A stretch of 64,000 bases of DNA from an uncultured virus (IMG/VR IMGVR_UViG_3300030099_003764) (Duplodnaviria > Heunggongvirae > Uroviricota > Caudoviricetes). A program made the position numbers and the translations under genes. Each line of letters begins with the position of its first letter. Position 1 is the first letter of the stretch. The stretch is taken from IMG/VR virus record IMGVR_UViG_3300030099_003764; one strand, given 5' to 3'. The notes under the pieces are model-generated. The model saw nothing but the letters and a program-made list of their open reading frames with translations. It was not told the DNA's origin and made no database searches. Positions 21,328 through 30,699 of this stretch are shown piece by piece.

Positions 21328-22363
21328 CTATATAGTCTGGATAACGCCAGCACTTTCCTACACAATAACCATCAGAAATTAATTTATCACAAAAAGGAGT
21401 TTTATAATTACCAAATACAGTAAACTTTGCATGTTTTCTTGTAGTTCCCTCATCCCAATCTAACCATATCTCATCATTAGATTCTACTAACTGTTTGATT
21501 TCAGCAACAATCAAATCCAAGACTTCTTGTTTTTCCTTCAAAGAATTGATAGGTTGCCTCCCCGTCAGTAAATCTCTGTACCAAGAAACAAGGTATGCTC
21601 TCGCCATATGCGAAGGATTCTCCGTCATAATAGCACTATGCAAACACGGCAATATAGGTAATTTACCGGTGTATTTTGGGACACTGATTTCACCCCCCAC
21701 AGTATCAATAGGAGGGGCTTTCGGAAAAACTACCAAGTTATTACCGCCCATTTGGAACGGTAAATGGCGTGGTTCTGATGCTAATGAAAGAATATGCTCA
21801 AGATTGAAAGAAAGGTCATTCTTAGTTAGTGGAATACAATAATATGGATTACCTTCATTATCAGAAGATGACATATTAACTGTATTAGGAACCCTTCTCA
21901 ATCTTGTTGGTTGTCCAACTCTATCGTCTAAAGTATTCTTTCCGCCGAAGTTTTCCTTGAGGACTTTTTTCATTTCCCTAAAGAAAGATTGAATATCTCT
22001 AATGTTATCGGTTCTTTCACCAAATAGGAATAAATGAAAACCCCTGCCGGAAAAAAACATTGTATGTTTCCAATCGTTATCAATAACCTTTTGCATTATC
22101 ATTTTCAAATCTCTCCAAGCCATTTCTAAATCATTATCATGCCCGTCAAAATCTAAAAAGATTCTATCGAGAATAACTGATGATTCTATCTTTGCCGTTT
22201 CCGAAAAATGTTCAAAGTCATAAACGGTTGTATAAACATTTGTCCTATTATTTTGAGCATTAACAAACTTAGCATATTCATTCCTCGATAAGACTACTCT
22301 TCTTTTCATTTGCGGGGCGTTCTTTATGTGACTCCCCGCCCAAACTTCCCTCGGATATTTCAT
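21320..22363 (-). CDS. Archaeo-eukaryotic primase, catalytic domain fused to a PriL-like Fe-S C-terminal domain
   Basis: AEP motifs 'FLDFD', 'SGRGFH', 'RLRRVPNT'; C-terminal 'LPCL...HMAR...PFCDKL..GYCVGKC'. Start set at the ATG after a GGAGG RBS. Confidence 0.85.
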   Translation of the reverse strand: MKYPREVWAGSHIKNAPQMKRRVVLSRNEYAKFVNAQNNRTNVYTTVYDFEHFSETAKIESSVILDRIFLDFDGHDNDLEMAWRDLKMIMQKVIDNDWKHTMFFSGRGFHLFLFGERTDNIRDIQSFFREMKKVLKENFGGKNTLDDRVGQPTRLRRVPNTVNMSSSDNEGNPYYCIPLTKNDLSFNLEHILSLASEPRHLPFQMGGNNLVVFPKAPPIDTVGGEISVPKYTGKLPILPCLHSAIMTENPSHMARAYLVSWYRDLLTGRQPINSLKEKQEVLDLIVAEIKQLVESNDEIWLDWDEGTTRKHAKFTVFGNYKTPFCDKLISDGYCVGKCWRYPDYIGE

Positions 22364-22652
22364 TATTTTTACCTCCAAAATTAACTGTTGCATTGTTTAA
22401 CATATTCCTTATGACACCGGCTATTTCACCGGATAGTTTAGTATGTATTGCTTCTCTCATTACATCTTCAAATGTATGGCCTACGAAGTTTTCGTTTATT
22501 CTTACTTCCCTAACCAAATCAAATCTTTCAATTAGTTTTGACTCCGAATAGATTTCGTTACAAAGTTTATTGATAGTATCTTTTAGGTTAGAAATCTCTG
22601 TAAAAGTCCAATCTCTCGCAAGGACTTTTTCCTTTATCATATCTTCATTCAA
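22278..22652 (-). CDS. Hypothetical protein
   Basis: 124-aa ORF in the operon. Confidence 0.55.
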   Translation of the reverse strand: MNEDMIKEKVLARDWTFTEISNLKDTINKLCNEIYSESKLIERFDLVREVRINENFVGHTFEDVMREAIHTKLSGEIAGVIRNMLNNATVNFGGKNNEISEGSLGGESHKERPANEKKSSLIEE

Positions 22653-22786
22653 TAGTGAACCCCCTTTAATCTTGCAGGTAATACTATTGTGTAATTACAA
22701 GCATCACAACAATACCATTCACCATTCCCTTTTGTTAGCATATGACCGTGACCTTCTATTTCTTCTTTACATAATTTACATTTCAT
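22649..22786 (-). CDS. Small zinc-finger protein (45 aa, not in ORF track)
   Basis: MKCKLCKEEIEGHGH...YCCDACNYTIVLPARL. Confidence 0.6.
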   Translation of the reverse strand: MKCKLCKEEIEGHGHMLTKGNGEWYCCDACNYTIVLPARLKGVHY

Positions 22787-22977
22787 TAATAGTCACCACC
22801 TTCGTTTAATATTTCTAAAGCCTTTACTAAGTGTTCTCTAGCATCTAATAGACTTTGTTTAGGTGTCATATTATTATTTTTTAAGTAAGTGAGTTCCCAA
22901 TCTATATTATGTATTACTCTTTCTATTAAATCATCACCTTCATACGGGACAAATCCCTCAAACATTCCTTTAACCAT
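22786..22977 (-). CDS. Hypothetical protein
   Basis: 63-aa ORF, coupled to neighbours. Confidence 0.5.
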   Translation of the reverse strand: MVKGMFEGFVPYEGDDLIERVIHNIDWELTYLKNNNMTPKQSLLDAREHLVKALEILNEGGDY

Positions 22978-22981
22978 TCAA

Positions 22982-23887
22982 TCACAACCATGTATCAGTT
23001 TGTGCGGCATCACAAATGCCGAAATAAGAACAATGTGAACAAGTCTTATAGAAAAACTTCGCAGGGAAATGCGAGTTTTCATAAGACCAAATCAACTTAG
23101 CAATGTTATTCATTACAGAAGTCATTGTTCTTTTCTTTACTTCTTGAGAAAAGACATAATTAGATACAGGATAGTACCAACCCCAATGAGTTACTTTCTT
23201 ATTAGGGTCTAATCCGTTTTTAATCAACACTTCATCTTCAGCATTTTCAATAAGTAATTGATAGAAAGCCATTTCCTTTCTCATACTTGTTGCTTTGTAG
23301 TCTTTCCAAGCACCTGTCTTATACTCAAAAGGAATATACCCGCCATTTTCCTCAAAGATTCTATCAATAATACCTTGAATGTGTATTTTGTAATCTCTCT
23401 TTAGAGGAAACTTAGGGTTTGTATCTTTATCAATAACAATTTCTGCATCAAACTTGCCTTCATTACAAACAGGTAGATATTCATGCAGTTTGTTTTCCGC
23501 CCTTGCTTCAATAAATCTCTCCGCTTCAAAGGCTGACATTGTGATGTATATGTCTAAGTAATCATCAATAGGATGAAGGCTTTGACAATACTCATAGATT
23601 TCTGTACTGTTCATTGATTCTGCTTTCTTAATATCAAACTCATTAAAAAAGTTTTCTCTTGCATTGTGACAAACCGTTCCCTTCAACATTGCGTCTGTTT
23701 GGTCTTGAGGAAGTCTTTGTATGTAAGAGAAATCGTACTTTTTAGGACACCAATCAAAAGAACCTAATGAAGATTTAGTTATTTTCAGTATAGGTTTGCT
23801 TGGGTCGTCAAAGTTTTCGGGCTTAAAGTCATAAGTAAAATCTTGCATTGAAGAAATTACCGCATTATATTTTTCATCTATATTCAT
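22982..23887 (-). CDS. Cas4/RecB-like PD-(D/E)XK exonuclease
   Basis: 'WCPKKY', 'GIIDRI', 'EYKTG', 'FYQLL', C-terminal 'CSHCSYFGIC' (split Cys cluster ligands). Confidence 0.85.
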   Translation of the reverse strand: MNIDEKYNAVISSMQDFTYDFKPENFDDPSKPILKITKSSLGSFDWCPKKYDFSYIQRLPQDQTDAMLKGTVCHNARENFFNEFDIKKAESMNSTEIYEYCQSLHPIDDYLDIYITMSAFEAERFIEARAENKLHEYLPVCNEGKFDAEIVIDKDTNPKFPLKRDYKIHIQGIIDRIFEENGGYIPFEYKTGAWKDYKATSMRKEMAFYQLLIENAEDEVLIKNGLDPNKKVTHWGWYYPVSNYVFSQEVKKRTMTSVMNNIAKLIWSYENSHFPAKFFYKTCSHCSYFGICDAAQTDTWL

Positions 23888-23888
23888 A

Positions 23889-24770
23889 TTACCACCAATC
23901 GTCTAAGTTTTTCTGTATTTTACCGGTTCTTATGCTTGACAAATCCCACTCCATAGCCTTGTAAATAGGCTTTGCCTTCTCTACTACCTGTTCGGCGTAG
24001 TGCTTCCAATCGGGTACATAACCCTTGAAATCTGCGTAGGTTGTGCCGGAAACATATTCTGCATTTCTCTTCTCTCCTGTTAATGGATGAGTATATGTTT
24101 TATGCAAATGCTTTGCTTTTAGAAATAAATAGGAATCATCAAACTCCACATTAGTATGTTCCCAAGCATAAAGCATACCTGCAATACCTTCACCAAGAGA
24201 AGGTTTTTTGTTTTCTAAGGTAACAAATAATTTACCTTCTGTGCCACATTTTTTGCACCATTTGATAGGCTCTTTGATGTGATGTTTTAATCCGCAATCG
24301 GGACACTTAACAGTCAAACGATTGCTTCTTAGTCTTGCTCTTTTGATAATGGATTCAATATCTATTTTACCTTCTAATACAGAAACATAAGTATCGTGCA
24401 GATACCTATTGATTTCTTCTTTAGATTTCTGCTGAACCCACATCTTCAAAGCAGTAGTTTGAACATCTTTTGCTAATTTAGTTTCACTAACTCTTTTAGC
24501 AGTAAAACCTGTCATAGTGAACTTTTGTTCATCCAGCCACTCTCCATCATCCCATGATACTAAACCAGCATTGCGATTTTTTGTAGTACCAACACCTAAT
24601 GCTGAGAAGTATTTTTCAAACTCCAAAACGACAGGGTGTTCGTCTAAACCTAATACATTAGGAAAATGTTCTCTAACACTTGCTTCTATTTCTTTGATAG
24701 CAGTTTGAGCCTTTTCAACTGAATCAATCTGAACATAGATTGAGTCTGTATGCCCATAAACTACTTTCAT
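23889..24770 (-). CDS. polB: Family B DNA polymerase, C-terminal subunit (motif C + thumb) of a split enzyme
   Basis: Begins 'YGHTDSIYV' (motif C variant), 'LEFEK', 'KNRNAG'; contains a CPDC...CKKC insertion. Confidence 0.85.
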   Translation of the reverse strand: MKVVYGHTDSIYVQIDSVEKAQTAIKEIEASVREHFPNVLGLDEHPVVLEFEKYFSALGVGTTKNRNAGLVSWDDGEWLDEQKFTMTGFTAKRVSETKLAKDVQTTALKMWVQQKSKEEINRYLHDTYVSVLEGKIDIESIIKRARLRSNRLTVKCPDCGLKHHIKEPIKWCKKCGTEGKLFVTLENKKPSLGEGIAGMLYAWEHTNVEFDDSYLFLKAKHLHKTYTHPLTGEKRNAEYVSGTTYADFKGYVPDWKHYAEQVVEKAKPIYKAMEWDLSSIRTGKIQKNLDDWW

Positions 24771-25051
24771 ACTCCGCCCACCTTATCGGGTGCGTATATT
24801 AGATTATTGAATGTTAATTCAGGATGCAACTTTTGTAGGTCGCTTTGTAATTCATGTACTGCTTTTGCTACATTGTATGTTTGCGAATCCTCATTATATT
24901 GCCTATCCAACTCTATTTCCAATCTCTCGATTGTATTTTGCAGTTTTTCAATCTTCTCATCCAATTTATCTATTCTATTAGCAAGACCCTCATTCTCCAT
25001 AGTCAGTCTTTTGATTTCTTCATTTAATTTATCTAATTCATATCTATTCAT
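24767..25051 (-). CDS. Coiled-coil protein
   Basis: Heptad-rich 94-aa ORF between the PolB halves. Confidence 0.6.
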   Translation of the reverse strand: MNRYELDKLNEEIKRLTMENEGLANRIDKLDEKIEKLQNTIERLEIELDRQYNEDSQTYNVAKAVHELQSDLQKLHPELTFNNLIYAPDKVGGV

Positions 25052-25179
25052 AATATCACCGTTACTATTGTTAGGATGGTTGCTATGTTCACGATATTTA
25101 CCATCATTAATATCCTATTTGATTTTGCTATCATAGCCAGCAGTTCTTCTAATAACTCATTCGTCTTGTCCATCATCAT
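25048..25179 (-). CDS. Small membrane protein (not in ORF track)
   Basis: MMMDKTNELLEELLAMIAKSNRILMMVNIVNIATILTIVTVIL; hydrophobic C-terminus. Confidence 0.45.
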   Translation of the reverse strand: MMMDKTNELLEELLAMIAKSNRILMMVNIVNIATILTIVTVIL

Positions 25180-25327
25180 AATTAGCACCTTGCTCTATGT
25201 CTACAATGATAGCGTGACGCTTTAAGTTGTTCATCATTTGAAATAACTCCTTTACTTCTTGCAAGGTAGTTTCCCAAGTTTCTTCGGTATCATAAGATAC
25301 CTTGACTGTTACATATTTAGTCATCAT
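25157..25327 (-). CDS. Small hypothetical protein (56 aa, not in ORF track)
   Basis: MMTKYVTVKVSYDTEETWETTLQEVKELF...; coupled to upstream stop. Confidence 0.5.
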   Translation of the reverse strand: MMTKYVTVKVSYDTEETWETTLQEVKELFQMMNNLKRHAIIVDIEQGANYDDGQDE

Positions 25328-25527
25328 TATTTTCTCCCCTTATACAAATTAACATCGCTTCTTTTACCAACGACATGAAATGTTCTTTTCAGAAATACTC
25401 CTATTGAAGAAGTACAGGGTTGTCTCGTTCCATGTTTTTGAATTAGCATTTCACGCATACCACTTGCAGTAAATGGTTCTTCGCATTCTTCCGCTATTTT
25501 CATAATCCATCTATGACTGTGTTTCAA
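25327..25527 (-). CDS. Small protein, possible winged-helix
   Basis: 'PFTASGMREML...TSSIGVFLKR' helix-turn-helix-like pattern. Confidence 0.5.
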   Translation of the reverse strand: MKHSHRWIMKIAEECEEPFTASGMREMLIQKHGTRQPCTSSIGVFLKRTFHVVGKRSDVNLYKGRK

Positions 25528-25661
25528 TCAAACACCTCCCTATATCCGCAAGAATCACATTCTAATACTCCTTTGTCATTGATAAACTTAGAGTAGAGAT
25601 TCGTTACTTTTCTGTGGGATTTCATTTTCATTTTACCTTCTTCGCAATTGGGACATTTCAT
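25524..25661 (-). CDS. Small zinc-ribbon protein
   Basis: MKCPNCEEG...LECDSCGY; start reassigned to the ATG at 25661 after a GGAGG RBS. Confidence 0.6.
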   Translation of the reverse strand: MKCPNCEEGKMKMKSHRKVTNLYSKFINDKGVLECDSCGYREVFD

Positions 25662-25763
25662 TTTTTTTCCTCCTTTCCATATATTTAATTTTTCTACAAC
25701 AATTTGCACAAGCATTTTGTATAGGGTGTAATACACCCACTTCTCTTTGACAAAGGCGACATT

Positions 25764-27416
25764 TCATATTTTCATCTCCTTTGCCTTAAATGCGGCTAAT
25801 CTGATTGCTTCTCTAGCACTTGCAGTAATAGAAGCCGCTAATTTAGGATTAGCCCAACTAAAGCCGGTATATCCGATAATGCCATAAAAAGATGCAGATA
25901 GCCTTTTTACTGCCATTTGGTTATTATACCATTTTCTAAACTCATCTTCAGTTTGAGCATTCTTCATATTGCTCTTGTAAGAGTTTCTTAACTCCTTCAA
26001 TTCTAATACTGCTCTTGGCAAAACGCCTAATTTATCAGTCTTGAAATAAACCATATCTTCTGCCACAGGCTCGCTGAAATCTCTTGGTGTTAAGATATTT
26101 ACTGCAAACTCTGTTGGTTTGTCTGAAATGGTTTCCCAACTAATATTCCTTGCAATCATCATTGAAGGATATAGGCCAGCAAAATCAAAAGCGGCTACAT
26201 TAAGATGTAGCCCGTTTGTATCTTCACTTAACGGGTCATAAATCATAGCCCCTTGATATGATTGCTTCTTCTCATTTTTGTTTCCTGTTGGTGCTTTCCA
26301 ATAGGCATTTCTCATAAAGTAAATACTACCCATATGCGAAGCATAGAAACAAGCATCAAATGGTGCTTTCAATAATCGTTGTAGAGCAATAATCGCTTCA
26401 CTACAATAATTAGTTTCATCTATTTCAACAATCAATTCTACATCTTTTAGAGCATACTGTGAATAAGTTTCTGAATCTTCTAACCAACCTCTACGGTAAA
26501 ACTCGTTAGGGTCAGGAAACTTTTCTGAAACTAACTTCTTCTTATTAAGTAAAGATTCAGATACATAATCCAAAGATAGAGAAGGCAATGTTCCTCTTTG
26601 CGAGTCATTCCATTGTCTTTCAAAAGCCATGTCTAATGAGAGGGTTATGCGACCCCCTATGGGCTGTTCTATTGGCGAGAATCCTTTTTCACCTCTATTG
26701 TATTTGTAGCCATCCTTAGTCTTTTTTAGACCATCTACACGGTTAATCGGTGACATTCTATTAGGGTTAATTCCTAACGCACAACATCTTTCAAGAAGTT
26801 TAGGTATATCTGCAAAGTTACCGAACCAAGCAATTAGCATGTCAGGGTCTTTGTCTATCATAGTATTAATGAAATGTTCAAGCATTTCTTTTTCAGAATT
26901 AAAAGCATACATTTGTTTATATTGTAAAGTGGAGAATCCGTTAGATTTTCCATTAGGAAACCAAATCCATTGGTAATACTTCTCATCATAATTATCATAC
27001 ATTACAATAGTAGTAATTTCATTATGGTGTTCTCCGCCTTGTTGCCATTCCATATCCCAATACCATTTACGCATTTTATACTCCGGCATTTCGTGTATTT
27101 CATCTACTGCGTATCTGAATGTATATGGTACATCAGCCTCATAAGTCTTAGAAAACTTAGATTTTGCTTTTCTAATATCAAAGGAGTTTTCAACATAAAC
27201 CTTCTTCAATCGTTCACCATCTATATTTACCCAATCACCCGTTTCATACTCAAACTCACGCTCAATGTATTTGTTAGGTGCATAGGTACGATGTTCAGTT
27301 TCACTGTTATTAACAAAAAAGTACGGTCTGAAAGGAATTAATTCAAACTTCTTTTCACCGTTCTCTCTCCATGATTTGTATATATGTTTGCCATCTAAAC
27401 ATCTACTGATTATCAA
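25764..27416 (-). CDS. polB: Family B DNA polymerase, N-terminal subunit (3'-5' exonuclease, motifs A and B) of a split enzyme
   Basis: Exo 'WDME', 'YALKD'; motif A 'DFAGLYPS'; motif B 'KRLSASFYG'; ends just before motif C. Likely TTG start at 27416 (ORF track extends to 27470). Confidence 0.9.
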   Translation of the reverse strand: MIISRCLDGKHIYKSWRENGEKKFELIPFRPYFFVNNSETEHRTYAPNKYIEREFEYETGDWVNIDGERLKKVYVENSFDIRKAKSKFSKTYEADVPYTFRYAVDEIHEMPEYKMRKWYWDMEWQQGGEHHNEITTIVMYDNYDEKYYQWIWFPNGKSNGFSTLQYKQMYAFNSEKEMLEHFINTMIDKDPDMLIAWFGNFADIPKLLERCCALGINPNRMSPINRVDGLKKTKDGYKYNRGEKGFSPIEQPIGGRITLSLDMAFERQWNDSQRGTLPSLSLDYVSESLLNKKKLVSEKFPDPNEFYRRGWLEDSETYSQYALKDVELIVEIDETNYCSEAIIALQRLLKAPFDACFYASHMGSIYFMRNAYWKAPTGNKNEKKQSYQGAMIYDPLSEDTNGLHLNVAAFDFAGLYPSMMIARNISWETISDKPTEFAVNILTPRDFSEPVAEDMVYFKTDKLGVLPRAVLELKELRNSYKSNMKNAQTEDEFRKWYNNQMAVKRLSASFYGIIGYTGFSWANPKLAASITASAREAIRLAAFKAKEMKI

Positions 27417-27417
27417 T

Positions 27418-28218
27418 TCAATCTCCCCTTGTATAAGGTGCTTTAACTGCCACCTTAGAATGACCCACAATCAATAGCGGAAAATCATCCTTAACATAGA
27501 AATTAATCAAAGGCTGGTCTTTGAAAAACTTATGAAGTGGCCCACTATATTGCAATGTAGCAGGTTCTCCTAAGCCATGAAGAGGCCTAATTGATTGACA
27601 AAAACTGTTAGCAGTACCGTTATTACTATCAACTTGCAATGCACATTGAAGTCCTTTTTCTTCATCCGGCGGGAAATAATCTAAAAGATAAACTCCACTC
27701 TTGACTAATTCACAACCGCTAATTGCATCATCAAATACTTCTGATGTTAGTTGAAAAGCCCCCTCAAAGGACTTAGAACCAAAATCAGGAATTGTTCGAG
27801 GAACAGTTTCAAACTCTATGCCTTTAATCATCTGCCTAATTCTTGTTATTGCATCAATGTTAGGATGCTGAACCGCCGCAGGTATAGTGGCGGTTTTATA
27901 ACCGCTACCAACATGCAAACAATCCTCATATGCTACTGATATTGAATCACCACTAAACTTCTTTAGATAAGGTACGATAGTTTCTGCACTGCCTGTAAAT
28001 GAACCATTACTATGTCCTTCTACTTCAAGACTTAATTTAAGTCCACAGGTAGTATCTCCATTCCATAATGTTAAATCATTACCTTCTAATTCCATATATA
28101 CATACGGGCTAAGTTTAGAATTGGAAAATCCTTTGTCTCCCAAATACATACCTTTACCTTGTATGTCCTCTAATGCTTTTGTCAATACCTTTGGTGCTAC
28201 ATTAAAACTCATATTCAT
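27418..28218 (-). CDS. Putative sliding clamp (PCNA-like)
   Basis: ~265 aa with a two-domain repeat pattern, C-terminal 'DDFPLLIV...VAVKAP'; adjacent to PolB and near RFC. Confidence 0.6.
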   Translation of the reverse strand: MNMSFNVAPKVLTKALEDIQGKGMYLGDKGFSNSKLSPYVYMELEGNDLTLWNGDTTCGLKLSLEVEGHSNGSFTGSAETIVPYLKKFSGDSISVAYEDCLHVGSGYKTATIPAAVQHPNIDAITRIRQMIKGIEFETVPRTIPDFGSKSFEGAFQLTSEVFDDAISGCELVKSGVYLLDYFPPDEEKGLQCALQVDSNNGTANSFCQSIRPLHGLGEPATLQYSGPLHKFFKDQPLINFYVKDDFPLLIVGHSKVAVKAPYTRGD

Positions 28219-29033
28219 ATTGTTCCCTCTCTTAATTCTTTAATACCATTCCAAGTAATGTTAGGTGGCGTACCTTGTCTAATAGTCCAAGTAGTGCCGA
28301 CTAAATTACCATTAGTGCGACTACCGACTAATTCAGCCAAATAGTGCATTTCACCTTTTACCTTCTTTCTTGAGCAGTGAATCTCCTGTTCCAATTTACC
28401 GCCCCAATCTTTCCAATTGGCAATCATACCAACAGGAGAACCGTCTTGATACTTTTCTGTTTCGTGAGTAATATAAATTACATCACAATCAAGAAGGTAT
28501 ATTGAATCCAATAGGTGATAGAAAGTCTTGTTCCTTGCACCATATTGATACGGCATAACCTTTGTAACTAAAGTCGGGTTAGGATTAATTTTTAGAATAC
28601 AAGAGTCGAGCCAAGTATCAACGCCATCCAGCACAAATACAGGCTTTTCTCCTTCTTCAATCTTAGACCTAACATACTTGATAAACATATGCGAATTATC
28701 CTCGCTTTTTGTTATATCAATTACATTGTCTTTATTCATTTCAATAGGACAATACACCTGTATTCGCTCAGTTGCTTCGTGATGTTCACGCCATGTTGAT
28801 TCAACACCCTTATCCCAATCTAAAACATAAATTGGTCTATCGGGAAAATCTAAAGCGATACCCGTCTTTCCTGTTTTTGGGTGGCCCCAAACACCTAACA
28901 CCAATCTTGAATTAACTTGCTTTCGCTTTTCAGCCATCATCTGCTGAAACTTATTGTTAAAATCTTCTTGTGCTTTACCAAAACTCATACTATTTGCTTG
29001 TCCTTGCTTACTCGTCAAACTCATTTTCTTCAC
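28215..29033 (-). CDS. RecA-fold ATPase (Sak4/AAA_24/RadB-like recombination protein)
   Basis: Walker A 'GHPKTGKT', 'VLDWDKG', Walker B 'FVLDG', 'YITHE'. Confidence 0.7.
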   Translation of the reverse strand: MKKMSLTSKQGQANSMSFGKAQEDFNNKFQQMMAEKRKQVNSRLVLGVWGHPKTGKTGIALDFPDRPIYVLDWDKGVESTWREHHEATERIQVYCPIEMNKDNVIDITKSEDNSHMFIKYVRSKIEEGEKPVFVLDGVDTWLDSCILKINPNPTLVTKVMPYQYGARNKTFYHLLDSIYLLDCDVIYITHETEKYQDGSPVGMIANWKDWGGKLEQEIHCSRKKVKGEMHYLAELVGSRTNGNLVGTTWTIRQGTPPNITWNGIKELREGTI

Positions 29034-29274
29034 CTAATTCTTCTATATCTATTTCTATTTTATTTCCATGAACCCTTGTCCATTCTTCTACTATCATTTT
29101 TAATTCTTCAAGTGAACACACATATCTTGCTTCTTTAGAACCAATGTGCATCTTCAACCAATATGTTCCATATTCAGTTGCGTTTTCTTTCCAAGTTAGA
29201 AAGTCTACATTGATTAAATCAACAATGTAACTTCCACCCTTGAGAAGAAATCTATTCTCTATAATTCCATTCAT
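29008..29274 (-). CDS. Hypothetical protein
   Basis: 88-aa ORF in the operon. Confidence 0.55.
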   Translation of the reverse strand: MNGIIENRFLLKGGSYIVDLINVDFLTWKENATEYGTYWLKMHIGSKEARYVCSLEELKMIVEEWTRVHGNKIEIDIEELGEENEFDE

Positions 29275-29465
29275 CTTTATTCCTCTTAAATCTAATTAGG
29301 GCTTTGCACCCATTTGAATGTCAATTTCTCCACAAGTCACATTTACCTTGCAATGTCCTAATCCCGACATGAATTATGTAATGTCGCCAACTCATCATAC
29401 CCACCTCATAAAGTCAAACACTAAAGACTACGACATTTCTTGGGGGGATTAGCGGGAGTTTTACT

Positions 29466-30677
29466 TCAAAACCAATCAAAATCCTCTTCAATTGGTTGAG
29501 ATACTTCAACCGGTGAACCACGCTTTTCAGTAACATAAAGTCCTGAAACATTAATGGTTACAGGTTCCGGCCCTTCTTCAGTAATTCTTTGTGATGTTCT
29601 ACCAATCACAATAACTGATGAACCGATACCAAAGTCCAATTCAACATTAGATGGAACCCAACAAGTAGTCATGTTCGTATCATTGTCATAATCAAACTCT
29701 GCATTCAAATCAGTAATGTTCAAAATACGGTTGCCGTTCTTAGTCGGCATCATATTCATATTACAAACTGTTCCATCTGTAATAACAAATCTTTCAGAAG
29801 TTGGAAGTGTTTGTCTTGTAATGTGTGCCCTGTCAATTTCAACAAGTGGCACCAAATGGTTACTGAAATTGTTAGCAAGACATTCTTCAAAGTCAAACAT
29901 TTCCATGTTTCTATAATCAGAATTATCTGGATTCAATTCAGCATTTCTAATCAATGTAGACTTAGTTACATCAGTCATACCATAGATGTTGTTGCCATCA
30001 TCACTCGGAATACCTCTAAAGTGAACAAAGTCATAAGTATCGGGAGTAAAGTCTACTCCACCTTGATTCTTATATGAGAAGTTATACTTCTTCATTTCTC
30101 CACCTTCGACGCTACCAAAGAATACACCGCTTCTTCTGAATTGTTGCAAAGGAAGTGGTTTTCCAAAGTTACGGTTTTCACCGCCATTTTGGTATCTTTC
30201 TGTACTATCCAAAGGAATAATCCATACTCCATCATCCATTTCTTCAGCAGTAGCAGGTCTTTCTGTTACTTGCTTTTGTTGCATTTCACCCTTGTAGTAA
30301 CGGGTAATTTGCCAACCGGTAGCATTCTCTTCAGCATTAGCAATAATTCCTTCTTGCAAAGCATTATCAGCATCTCTGTAATACTCTTCTTTGGCCTTAT
30401 TTCTATTCCAAGACATCATATCTCTCGGTTCTTCTAAAGATACAAAGAACCCGAATACCGGCTTTACAAGTGAATTACCTCCACTTGAACCTGCATTTGG
30501 CTTGTTGGTTCTTCTGACTTGTGCAACATAGTTACGCCAAAGTCCCTTAGCCAATGGGTCATTTGTTTCTATACCATTTTCAGCACAAATATCATTAAAC
30601 TTAGCAGTCGCATCTTCAACGCTCATATTGATATACTGTGCAGATTTCTCTATTTCATTTTTCATTTCTTCGTTCAT
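29466..30677 (-). CDS. RPA/SSB-like OB-fold ssDNA-binding protein
   Basis: C-terminal OB-like 'ITDGTV...RILNITD...CW...GSSVIVIGRT' and acidic/aromatic tail 'EEDFDWF'. Confidence 0.6.
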   Translation of the reverse strand: MNEEMKNEIEKSAQYINMSVEDATAKFNDICAENGIETNDPLAKGLWRNYVAQVRRTNKPNAGSSGGNSLVKPVFGFFVSLEEPRDMMSWNRNKAKEEYYRDADNALQEGIIANAEENATGWQITRYYKGEMQQKQVTERPATAEEMDDGVWIIPLDSTERYQNGGENRNFGKPLPLQQFRRSGVFFGSVEGGEMKKYNFSYKNQGGVDFTPDTYDFVHFRGIPSDDGNNIYGMTDVTKSTLIRNAELNPDNSDYRNMEMFDFEECLANNFSNHLVPLVEIDRAHITRQTLPTSERFVITDGTVCNMNMMPTKNGNRILNITDLNAEFDYDNDTNMTTCWVPSNVELDFGIGSSVIVIGRTSQRITEEGPEPVTINVSGLYVTEKRGSPVEVSQPIEEDFDWF

Positions 30678-30699
30678 ATTTTTCCCTCATTATTTTTTC

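Noticed and set aside
23889..27416. Split intein or intron joining the PolB halves
   Set aside because: No Cys/Ser-initiated N-intein after motif B and no HN-[CST] before motif C; the gap is filled with coupled small ORFs.
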